64,000 nucleotides of DNA from Longimicrobiales bacterium. Its GTDB lineage: Bacteria > Gemmatimonadota > Gemmatimonadetes > Longimicrobiales > Gaopeijiaceae. The first letter of the stretch is position 1. The number at the start of each line of letters is the position of its first letter. The notes below the pieces were generated by a model. That model was given only the letters and a program-made list of their open reading frames with translations, had not been told where the DNA came from and made no database searches. Positions 48,694 to 57,077 of this stretch are shown here, in pieces. Position numbers and translations under genes: made by a program. Location: contig CAXXKM010000001.1 of the NCBI GenBank assembly GCA_963664435.2, positions 672,001 to 736,000 on the forward strand. Reading direction: 5' to 3'.

Positions 48694-48970
48694 CGCCTCC
48701 CGCGACGCGTTCGGAAGCCGTTTCCGGTCGGTCCGAAGGCTATTCGGGGAATCTACGGGCCACAGAATGGCCCAGAATCGACGATCCCGGGTCTCCGAGG
48801 GGTAGGGGTAGGTGGCAATCGGGCCGCGCGGCAGAGTGCGGCGGGGTCACGGGGAGTGATGGGTCGGCCGGTTGCCCTCGCGTCCTTGAGGCCGGCGACC
48901 TTGCCCGCGACGCCTCGATGGGCGTTGTTCCGGGCGGTGCCCGGAGAGGCGTTTTCGGCGGCTCCGCCGG

Positions 48971-49025
48971 GCTGGCTTGACCCACTGTTCTATGGTCAAG
49001 CCAGCATACCCCGTGTATAACACGG
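48971..49025. repeat. Two adjacent perfect hairpins: GCTGGCTTGACC-N11-GGTCAAGCCAGC and CCGTGT-ATA-ACACGG
   Basis: Arms at 48971-48982/48994-49005 and 49011-49016/49020-49025. Confidence 0.75.
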
Positions 49026-49191
49026 AGGCTGACGAGGGGTGGCTCCGCTCCCCCTTCGAACCCCCTGAGTCTACTCCGCTCCCTTGAAGGTCACGGCTGA
49101 GGCGTCGCCCCTCATCCCGGCCATCTCCGGGTCGAAAAAGACTATCGCCGCGCGGGCGTCGCACGTGATCTCCTGATCGTCGACCCGGTCG

Positions 49192-50043
49192 TCAAATCTC
49201 GGCGAAGAACTCCGGTTGAGGTCTTGTCCTCTTCACCAACTCCGTGCTTACCCCGAGTTCCAGCTTCCTCAGGAGCCCACAAAGAGCCAATCCGTCGATG
49301 AGGTCGATAGCCGGCGCTCCATCCCGTACGGCTTCCCGCACTGCACCGCTCGTGAACCGGCCCGTCGTCATGAACAGGCCCTTGTCCGCGCGACCGACCA
49401 TTGCCCCTCTGAAGTCTCGGATCTCCCTCGCTTGCACGGAACCAGCGTACCTCTTGCACTGAAATCGCACGTGAAACGAGATGAGGTTGACCCGCAACAC
49501 ACCGGCCCCGTCGATACCGCCGTCGCCAGATCGTCCCGTTACCTCAACCTTCGTGAAGCCCGATTCCCTCAGAATCCGCTGACACAGGCGCTCAAAAGCG
49601 GCAGGCGTCAATTCACGCAAGATAGCCAACAGATCTTCCTCCCAGTCGCTTTCAGTCGAGGGCTCGGGGTCCTTCGACCTGTCGGCAGTTGCCGGCTTGA
49701 CGCGTTCGCGCCAGCGACGCTTGCGCTCCCGACGGACGAGATCGCGCAACTCCTCGTCCGAAGGCATCGCTCGGCCCTTCGGAGTGATCCTCCAAACGCC
49801 GCGGGCCGTGTTGTCGACGGCACCGACCCACTTGAGGTTGGTCCGTGCCCACGCGAGGCGGTAGCCAACTTCTGTCTGCGGGCCTTCGCCGTGAAGCTCG
49901 TCGGCAACCACATCCGGCAAAGCCAACAGCCGCGTGACCTGTTCCGAGAGTTCTTGGATCGACGCCGAACCGCCGTTGTTCTTCAGAACCTCCAGCGTCG
50001 GCCAGAGCAGGTCTTTGTAGGTCGGCATCTCTGGTGCCGTCAC
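49192..50043 (-). CDS. mrr: Mrr-family type IV restriction endonuclease
   Basis: Mrr_N (PTYKDLLWPTL...RLAWARTNLK...RGVWRIT) plus Mrr_cat (FERLC...GDGGIDG...QCKRY...FMTTGRFT...LIDG). Confidence 0.92.
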   Translation of the reverse strand: MTAPEMPTYKDLLWPTLEVLKNNGGSASIQELSEQVTRLLALPDVVADELHGEGPQTEVGYRLAWARTNLKWVGAVDNTARGVWRITPKGRAMPSDEELRDLVRRERKRRWRERVKPATADRSKDPEPSTESDWEEDLLAILRELTPAAFERLCQRILRESGFTKVEVTGRSGDGGIDGAGVLRVNLISFHVRFQCKRYAGSVQAREIRDFRGAMVGRADKGLFMTTGRFTSGAVREAVRDGAPAIDLIDGLALCGLLRKLELGVSTELVKRTRPQPEFFAEI

Positions 50044-50517
50044 CGGTCAGCCTCCAGGCGTAAACTCGAACGTGGCCAACGATCCATGTCGGGGAATGTA
50101 GCCTCGCACGGCTTCGCGGTGTAGATCTTCGTAGCGGCTGAGAAGCCCGTCCCGCCGACTCGGCAAGCCAGGGGGAGCAGAGATGTCGAATCCTGACGCC
50201 GAACCGTTTTTCCGTCGTCTTTGACACCATCCAGGAGACCGGCGGAACACTCTCCCGAGCGCTCCAGCACTGCGCCCGCCGGTCCCCCGATCTCCGGGGC
50301 GGGCTCGCCCGCCCCTCCCATCGGGGTTGGATTCCGAGACTGTCGTGTCACAGCTTCCCGCACGTGGCTCGAAGGCCGCGATCCGTCGGGTCGTCCACAA
50401 CCGTCCCGTACGGGCGATTGGAATCCCGTCCGGGAAGAGGTATGAAATGAGGTAACCTCTTGGTCGCGGGTCATGTAAGTATTTGCATAGCAGTCACTTA
50501 TGATCTTTTCTGACACA

Positions 50518-50859
50518 CTGGCGGCGCGCAGAGCGCAGGCGGCGGCGGACGCGGAGATCGAGGCGTTCCGCGCCTCCTACCCCACCCGGCTTGCGTTCGA
50601 GTACCGGCTGGACCGGGATGCCTCGAAGCGTCCATTCCTCGTCGAGGCGATGTGGCATGACGGGCAGTTCACCTATCTGCGATCGCGCGCCCAGGAAGCG
50701 CCGGCGCTCTATGAACTGCGGGACGGCGAGCCGAGCCTGGTCGCGTTCGATCTGACAGAGGACGGCCTCTACGTCGCGCGCCGCGTGCTGGGCGACGGCT
50801 GGCTCCAGATCGGAGACGAGCGGCTGCGCTGGCGGTTCGAGCCCGGGGACGCGCGATGA
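50518..50859 (+). pseudogene. virB9: VirB9/TrbG, C-terminal part
   Basis: FEYRL...PFLVEAMWHDGQFTYLR...PALY, typical of the VirB9 C-terminal domain; ATGA overlap with virB10. Confidence 0.8.
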
Positions 50860-52112
50860 GCCGCTGGAAGCAGTGGATCAAGGAGCCGAAGGGCGCTCTG
50901 CCGGGCGGCATCATCACGAAGGCGGGGATCGCGCTGATCGGCGTGCTCATCGCCGGCATGCTGTTCTCGTCGTCGCTCACGGGTCCCGAGGAGGACCCGA
51001 TGGCCCCCGCCCCTTTCGAGGCGCAGGCCGTGGACGACCGCGCGGGGCGCTCGTTCGAGGGACGGCTGCGCGCCGAGGCGGAGCGCCAGGTCCTGCGCGC
51101 CGCGGCCGACGATGCCCGCGCCGACAGCGAACGCCGCCAGGCCGAGGCCGAGACGGCCGGGGCGGGTGGCAGGAGCGGAAGCGGCGAGCGCGGAGCGGGT
51201 GGAGGAGCAGAGGGGACGGCCGGCATGGTCCAGGCCGAGTACGAGCTTCGCGAGGCGCTACGGCTCGAAGAGATCGAGCGGCGGACGCGCTCGCTCCGCT
51301 CGCTGCCCGTCGCACAGACGTACCGGGACCCGAACGAAGCGCGGGACCCAACCCGCCCGTCGGCGGCCGAGCCCGAGCCGCCCGAGGCGGCGCTCGATGC
51401 AATGCTCGCGTCCTTCGGACAGTCGGTCGCCGCCTTGGAGGCCGAGATGCAGGCCGGGATGGCGGCCGAAGGGCTTTCGCTTGGCTCGCCGGAAGCTGGC
51501 CCGCAGGGCACTCGCGTCCCCGGCACGGCGGACCCGAGCCTCAGCGTCCGGCCGCTCGACCCGCCGGGCTGGGAGCGGATCCGGGAGGGCTCGTTCCTCG
51601 AAGCCGTGCTGGTCACCCAACTGTCGGGCGAGTTCCCCGGACCCGTGCTCGCGATGGTGTCGGTGCCGCTGTATTCGGCGGACCGGCAGCGGGTCCTCGT
51701 TCCACGCGGCGCGCGCGTCGTCGGCACCGCCCGGGCCGTGCAGGACCGCGACCAGAGCCGCCTGGCGGTCGCGTTCCACCGGCTGCTGCTGCCGGACGGA
51801 AGCTGGATCGACCTTGAGTTCGCCGGGCTGAACCAGGCGGGCGAGGGCGCGCTCAAGGACCAGGTGAGCCGCCACTACTTCTCGACGTTCGCCGCCGCGG
51901 GTGCGGTCGGCGCGCTGAGCGGACTCACGCTGGCCGGAGCCTCGCCCTACGGCCTCCGGGCCGGCGTCGGCCAGGGGCTCGGAGGCAGCGCCACCTCCGT
52001 CCTCGACCGGTTCCTGAACCGGATGCCCGAGATCACGATCCGCGCCGGCCACCGGCTCCGCATCTGGTTTACCGCCGATGCCCTCATTCCCACCCCCGAC
52101 CCACACCAATGA
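50856..52112 (+). CDS. virB10: VirB10/TrbI
   Basis: N-terminal TM segment, EGSFLEAVLVTQL..EFPGP, LVPRGARVVG, GLNQAGEGALKDQVSRHY and PEITIRAG. Confidence 0.9.
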   Translation: MSRWKQWIKEPKGALPGGIITKAGIALIGVLIAGMLFSSSLTGPEEDPMAPAPFEAQAVDDRAGRSFEGRLRAEAERQVLRAAADDARADSERRQAEAETAGAGGRSGSGERGAGGGAEGTAGMVQAEYELREALRLEEIERRTRSLRSLPVAQTYRDPNEARDPTRPSAAEPEPPEAALDAMLASFGQSVAALEAEMQAGMAAEGLSLGSPEAGPQGTRVPGTADPSLSVRPLDPPGWERIREGSFLEAVLVTQLSGEFPGPVLAMVSVPLYSADRQRVLVPRGARVVGTARAVQDRDQSRLAVAFHRLLLPDGSWIDLEFAGLNQAGEGALKDQVSRHYFSTFAAAGAVGALSGLTLAGASPYGLRAGVGQGLGGSATSVLDRFLNRMPEITIRAGHRLRIWFTADALIPTPDPHQ

Positions 52113-52129
52113 CACGAAAGGAATCTCCC

Positions 52130-53035
52130 ATGCTCCACCGCATCCTCGCCCCCGCCGTTTTCCTTGCGCTGTTCACCCTTGCGAGCCCCAGGCCCGCGAG
52201 CGCCCAGTTCGACTTCGGCAGCTGGGTCCAGCGCGCCACGATCATCGCGAATCAGATCAGGCAGATCACGAACCAGGTCAGCCAGATCCGGTCGATGGCC
52301 CGCCAGCTCACCGAGCTCGAGGACCAGCTCGATCACATGGAGCGCGCCGCGCGCGGCGAGATCGACGCGCTGCTCGCGCCGTTCTCCCGGCTCGCCGCCG
52401 AGCCCGTGGGACTGGTGCGCGACGGACTCTCCTGGAGCGCGGACTTCCAGGGCCCGGCACGACAGACGGTCGATGCCGTTCGGGGCATGGGAAGCGGCGG
52501 CCGCTCGTTCACCGGACTCTGGCAAGGCGCGAGAAGCGCGGCCGACCGGGTGTCGGAAGCCGACGTCGTCGCGCTGTTCCGCGACTTGCCGCCCGAGGCC
52601 GCCACGCGCGCGGCCGCGGACTACCGCCGCGCCCGCGAAGCCGCCGACCGGCAGCGCGTGCTCGACTACGCGACGCTCGACGCGGCGACCGAACTCGCCG
52701 AGACCATCGAGAGCGCGCAGGGCTCGTTCGCCGGCCTGACCGCGAACGGCAACCTGTCCAACACCGCTCTGCAGCAGGCCGGGGTCGCGGCCGCGCTGAG
52801 CCAGGGCCAGATCAACGCGGGCGTCGCACAGGTGCTCGCCCAGCAGGCCGCGCGGGAGGCGAGCCGGGCGCAGTTGGCCGAACTCGCGCGCCTCGAAGGG
52901 CTCGCCGCGTGGAGTGAAGGCCGGACGCGCGCGAACGCGATGGCGGGGACGCTTCGCGACGCGGCGTCCCGGAACCGCACCGCGCTCCGCGACGGGCTGC
53001 TTCTCAAGATCCCGTCGTTCTACGCGGGCAACTAG
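52130..53035 (+). CDS. Secreted helical T4SS protein (VirB5/TrbJ-like)
   Basis: Signal peptide (ASAQF) and coiled coil NQIRQITNQVSQI; positioned just before virB6. Confidence 0.6.
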   Translation: MLHRILAPAVFLALFTLASPRPASAQFDFGSWVQRATIIANQIRQITNQVSQIRSMARQLTELEDQLDHMERAARGEIDALLAPFSRLAAEPVGLVRDGLSWSADFQGPARQTVDAVRGMGSGGRSFTGLWQGARSAADRVSEADVVALFRDLPPEAATRAAADYRRAREAADRQRVLDYATLDAATELAETIESAQGSFAGLTANGNLSNTALQQAGVAAALSQGQINAGVAQVLAQQAAREASRAQLAELARLEGLAAWSEGRTRANAMAGTLRDAASRNRTALRDGLLLKIPSFYAGN

Positions 53036-54111
53036 TGTTGTGCCGCTAAAGCGGTGTTGGCACGGTTGACCTTAGCCAGGATGTCGCGAACGGTGGCGGT
53101 CCAGACGAAGGGTTTCGGGGCGCGGTTCCTGTGGTCGATGTAGGACGTGATCGCGTGGACGAGCTGGCCGACGCTGTGGACGGCGAGGCGTTTGAGCTGG
53201 CGCTGCGTGAGTTCGGAGAAGAAGCGCTCGACGAGATTGAGCCACGAGGACGAGGTGGGCACGAAGTGGAAGTGGACTCGGGGGTGCCGGTCCAGCCAGT
53301 CCTTCACTCGGGCATGCTTGTGGGTGGCGTAGTTGTCGAGGATGAAGTGCAGGTCGAGTTCCGGGTCGCATTGTTTTTCGACGGTGCGCAGGAAGCGGAG
53401 GAACTCCTGGTGCCGGTGACGGGGCAGACACTGGTGGATGACCTCTCCGGTGGCGACGTCCAGCGCCGCGAACAGCGTCGTGGTCCCGTGGCGCTTGTAG
53501 TCGTGCGTCATGGTGCCCGCCCGTCCCTTCTTGAGCGGCAACCCCGGCTGGGTCCGGTCCAGGGCCTGGATCTGGCTCTTCTCGTCGAAGGAGAAGACGA
53601 TCGCCCGCTCCGGCGGCGCCACGTAGAGCCCCACCACGTCGCGGAGCTTCTCGACGAAGCGGGGATCGGTGGAGAGCTTGAAGTAGCGCACCCTGTGGGG
53701 CTTCAGTCCGTGGGCGTTCCAGATCCGCCCCACCTGGCTGTGATGCAGCCCCATGCCCTCGGCCATCAGGCGGGTGCTCCAGTGCGTCCCCCGCGGCGGT
53801 TTCTCCTCGAGCGTGCGGCGCACGACCTCGGCCTCGACTTCGGGCGTGATCGTACTTCGCGGCCGACCGGGGCGGGACCGATCCTCAAGTCCCGCGAGCC
53901 CCTCTTCGTCGTACCGGTCCAGCCATCTTTGCACGGTCGGCAGCGAGACGCCGATCTCGCGGGCCAGCGTCCGGCCCGGCAAACCTCCGGCCGAACCCAG
54001 TATGATCCGGGCGCGCTCCACGCGCCGCTGCGGGGTCGTGCGGGCTCGAACCCATCCCTCGAGCTCCTTGCGGTCCCCGGGTCGCAATCGAATCCTTCGC
54101 AGAGCAGGCAT
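53032..54111 (-). CDS. IS630 transposase
   Basis: DEKSQIQAL, THDYKRHGTTTLFAAL, LDNYATHK and SSWLNLVERFF. Confidence 0.95.
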   Translation of the reverse strand: MPALRRIRLRPGDRKELEGWVRARTTPQRRVERARIILGSAGGLPGRTLAREIGVSLPTVQRWLDRYDEEGLAGLEDRSRPGRPRSTITPEVEAEVVRRTLEEKPPRGTHWSTRLMAEGMGLHHSQVGRIWNAHGLKPHRVRYFKLSTDPRFVEKLRDVVGLYVAPPERAIVFSFDEKSQIQALDRTQPGLPLKKGRAGTMTHDYKRHGTTTLFAALDVATGEVIHQCLPRHRHQEFLRFLRTVEKQCDPELDLHFILDNYATHKHARVKDWLDRHPRVHFHFVPTSSSWLNLVERFFSELTQRQLKRLAVHSVGQLVHAITSYIDHRNRAPKPFVWTATVRDILAKVNRANTALAAQH

Positions 54112-54170
54112 GCATGGAAGATAGCGGCTTCTCCATGCGTTAACCCTGCCACTTATGCGACACTACACTA
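53033..54170 (-). mobile_element. IS630-family element with TA target duplication
   Basis: TA at 53033-53034 and 54169-54170; imperfect terminal IRs (TAGTGTTGTGCCGC / GCGACACTACACTA); single transposase ORF. Confidence 0.92.
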
Positions 54171-54183
54171 GGGGGCGTTCGCG

Positions 54184-55161
54184 ATGCAGCAGTCGATCGA
54201 CCCGAACGTCCCCACGCAGATCCCCGACGACCAGCTCCAGGACTTCAAGAGCTTCCTGGACGTGGTGCTCGACACCGTGGTCGGCGGCGCGGCGCCCGAC
54301 GTGCACACGCTCGGGCTCCAGCTGTGGGGCGGGCTCGCCGCCGTCATGGTCGCCTGGACGGGCCTGAAGATCGCGTTCAGCGGCACCTTCCAGCCTTGGG
54401 ACATCATCAAGCTCGTGATCGGGATCGCCATCCCCCGCACGATGCTCCACTACTACATCGTGCCCATCCCGGGCGTCGGGCTCACGTTCCCGGCCACCAT
54501 CGCGGCTGGCGGCACCTGGCTCCAGAACCTGTTCCTCTCCGACGTGGTGTCGGCAGGCTACACGGAGATGGCGGCGCTCGTGCAGGCGTACTCCGCGCAC
54601 CTGAGCGCCGCCTGGTCGGGCGGGAACCTGCTCTCGATCGTCACCTCGGGCGTGACCGTGATCTTCTCCTCGCTCGTCTCGGTCGTGATGGGCGCCTCGC
54701 TCGTCGCCTGCCTGCTCGCGCTGTTCTGCATCACCTACGCGCAGGTCATCTGGGCGCAGGTCGCCATCGCGATCGCGATCCTGCTCGGTCCGGTGTTCAT
54801 CGCGTTCCTGCTCTTCGAGCCGCTCTCGTTCCTGTTCTGGGGATGGTTCAGGACGCTGATGGTCTACACGCTCTACGGCGTCGTGGCCGGTGCCGTGCTC
54901 CGCGTCTTCATGGGCGTCGGGCTCGGCTACATCACGACCTACGCCGACGCCCTCATGGGCACCGGCACCGCCGACGCGGGCGAGCTCTGGCTCTGGGCCG
55001 TCGTCCTCATGCCGCTCGTCGTCTCGGGCCTCTGGGCCGGGCTCAAGGTCGGCGAACTCGCCTCGATGCTGGTCTCCGGCTCCGGCTCCGCCGGGTCCGG
55101 GTTCGTCGCGCTCGTCATGCAGGGCGCCAGCAAGGCCGCCGTCCCCGCGAAGCCCGTCTAA
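54184..55161 (+). CDS. virB6: VirB6/TrbL
   Basis: Polytopic membrane protein with LLGPVFIAFLLF..LSFLFWGW. Confidence 0.85.
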   Translation: MQQSIDPNVPTQIPDDQLQDFKSFLDVVLDTVVGGAAPDVHTLGLQLWGGLAAVMVAWTGLKIAFSGTFQPWDIIKLVIGIAIPRTMLHYYIVPIPGVGLTFPATIAAGGTWLQNLFLSDVVSAGYTEMAALVQAYSAHLSAAWSGGNLLSIVTSGVTVIFSSLVSVVMGASLVACLLALFCITYAQVIWAQVAIAIAILLGPVFIAFLLFEPLSFLFWGWFRTLMVYTLYGVVAGAVLRVFMGVGLGYITTYADALMGTGTADAGELWLWAVVLMPLVVSGLWAGLKVGELASMLVSGSGSAGSGFVALVMQGASKAAVPAKPV

Positions 55162-55181
55162 GACATGAGGAGATCCTGGTA

Positions 55182-55850
55182 ATGAAACGAGACAGGAACG
55201 CCGGCCGCGAGTACGCCGAGATATGGGGCGAGGCCGTGCAGGCGAACCGGAAGCTCCGCACCATCCTGATCTTCCTCTCCGCGAGCTGCGTCCTCGGCGT
55301 CTTCGTCCTGCTGCGGATCGCGGGTGCCGAGCCGCCCAAGCCCATCGTGGTGCGGGTCGACGAGGTCGGGCGCGCCGAGGCGCTCGCCTACGAGGCCGCC
55401 ACCGCCCAGGCCGATCCGCTCGATCCCACGACCAAGTACTTCCTGAACCGGTTCGTCAACGACTTCCACTCGCGCCGCCGCGTGACCGTCCAGGAGTACT
55501 GGACCCGGAGCCTCCGGTTCCTGTCGACCGAACTCGCGAACGCCGCGTTCGCCAGCGACGGCGACGAGGTCGCGAGCGTGGCGGCCGGCACGGCCGAGAC
55601 CGAACGCCAGGTCGAGCGGGTCGTGCTCCGCATCCATCCCTCGCCCGAGCCGCCGCACGGGGCCACCGCCGACTTCGAGGTCGTGCATCTCGCGGCCGGA
55701 CAGGAGGTCCTGCGCGAGCGCTGGTCCGTCGCGCTCCGGTTCGAGTTCCTCGACTCGATCCCGCCCGAGCTGGTCGTCCACAACCCCATGGGCATCCTCA
55801 TCACCTACCTCCAGGCCGACCGGGCGCTGGTGACGGGGGAGGAGCGATGA
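55182..55850 (+). CDS. virB8: VirB8/TrbF
   Basis: Single TM segment, PIVVRVDEVGRA, YFLNRFV and NPMGILITY. Confidence 0.88.
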   Translation: MKRDRNAGREYAEIWGEAVQANRKLRTILIFLSASCVLGVFVLLRIAGAEPPKPIVVRVDEVGRAEALAYEAATAQADPLDPTTKYFLNRFVNDFHSRRRVTVQEYWTRSLRFLSTELANAAFASDGDEVASVAAGTAETERQVERVVLRIHPSPEPPHGATADFEVVHLAAGQEVLRERWSVALRFEFLDSIPPELVVHNPMGILITYLQADRALVTGEER

Positions 55851-56779
55851 TCGCGCACCTCAAAGGGCGCGAGCAGGCGCTTGAACCGTTCGGCTGGAAG
55901 GGACGCGAGGCCGAGTGGATCGCGCTGGTGTGCCTGCACAGCGGCGTGTGCACGCGCGCCCAGTGGACGCGGTTCATGAACGCGCACCCGGAACAGGTCC
56001 GGCGCGGCGTCCACGCGCTGATCGCGGCGCGCGTCGCGAGCGAGGAGACCGAGCCCCGCATCGCCGGCATGGGCCGGGTCTGCCGGATCTTCTCACGGCC
56101 CGTCTACCGGGCGCTCGGCGCGGAGCACATCCGCCACCGCCGTGGAGCATCGACCGAGGTGCTCCTGCGGCGCCTGCTTTCGCTCGACTACGTGATCGAG
56201 CATGCCGACCTGCCTTGGCTGCCGACCGAAACCGAGAAGGTCGCCGCGTTCGAGGCGCTCGGCATCGAGCGCTCGCTGCTGCCCGTGCGCGTGTACCGGG
56301 GAGCCGCCGGGAACACCCGGCGCCACTTCCCCGTCAAGCTGCCCGTCGCGCTCGACTCGGCGCGCGCCCTGTTCGTCTACGCCGACCCCGGCCACGACAC
56401 CTCGACGGCGCTCCGCTCGTGGGGCAAGGCGCACCGCGGACTCTGGCGCGCGCTACGGAGACTTGGCCGGTCGGTCGAGGTCGTCGCTGTCGCCCGCACC
56501 GGGCGCGAACTGCAGCGTGCGCGGCGGGTGACGCGCGGATGGGCCGGGTCCACCGGACGCGCCGGAACCGAACCCGGGACGGCCGAGGAACTTGCCCGCA
56601 TCGAGCGGGCGATCCTTCAGGGCGCGGTCCACGTCCTCGAGGAGTTCGGCGGCCTCCAGGCCGCGCTGAAGCGCAGCGTCGCGCTCGAAAGACAAGCGCG
56701 GCGGCGGGGCGGGCGCGGATCGATCGACCGCGGCGTCGCCTGGCGGACCGAGCGACTCGCGAGGGTCCGCTACCGATGA
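55847..56779 (+). CDS. Uncharacterised protein with wHTH-like N-terminus, upstream of the oriT-like region
   Basis: ATG at 55847 after GGAGGAG, ATGA overlap with virB8; no family recognised. Confidence 0.65.
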   Translation: MIAHLKGREQALEPFGWKGREAEWIALVCLHSGVCTRAQWTRFMNAHPEQVRRGVHALIAARVASEETEPRIAGMGRVCRIFSRPVYRALGAEHIRHRRGASTEVLLRRLLSLDYVIEHADLPWLPTETEKVAAFEALGIERSLLPVRVYRGAAGNTRRHFPVKLPVALDSARALFVYADPGHDTSTALRSWGKAHRGLWRALRRLGRSVEVVAVARTGRELQRARRVTRGWAGSTGRAGTEPGTAEELARIERAILQGAVHVLEEFGGLQAALKRSVALERQARRRGGRGSIDRGVAWRTERLARVRYR

Positions 56780-57077
56780 GCGGCCAGCGTGCTGTGCCGC
56801 ACCGCGGCGTGAAAACGACGCGAGGGGTCGTTTCACGATTCGGCCCTCCGGCGATTCACATGCGGCCTTCCGTCCATCCGCTTGCGCGGTGGCGTCTTGC
56901 GGCCTCGCGGCCCGCCCGCCCGTTGCCGGACGGGCCGCATCGGCCGTGGCGGGAGCGACCCCCCTCGCCGAAGGCTCGGTGCGGCGTAGGGCCGAGTGTG
57001 TTTTCACACGACTCGCCCCTCCGCCCTCCAGGGGTCGCTCCCGCAGCATCGATCCCTCCGGGAAGGGTGTCGGACCG

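Larger units (their letters stand above)
47322..50517 (+). mobile_element. ~3.2-kb integrative element (P4-like integrase + Mrr) inserted in virB9
   Basis: AT-rich ends; ATGAGGTAA at both 47462-47470 and 50447-50455; removing about 3196 bp restores the virB9 frame. Junctions approximate. Confidence 0.8.

Noticed and set aside
49030..49085. TTCGAACCC suggesting a tRNA T-arm or att remnant
   Set aside because: No acceptor stem or other tRNA arms could be built.
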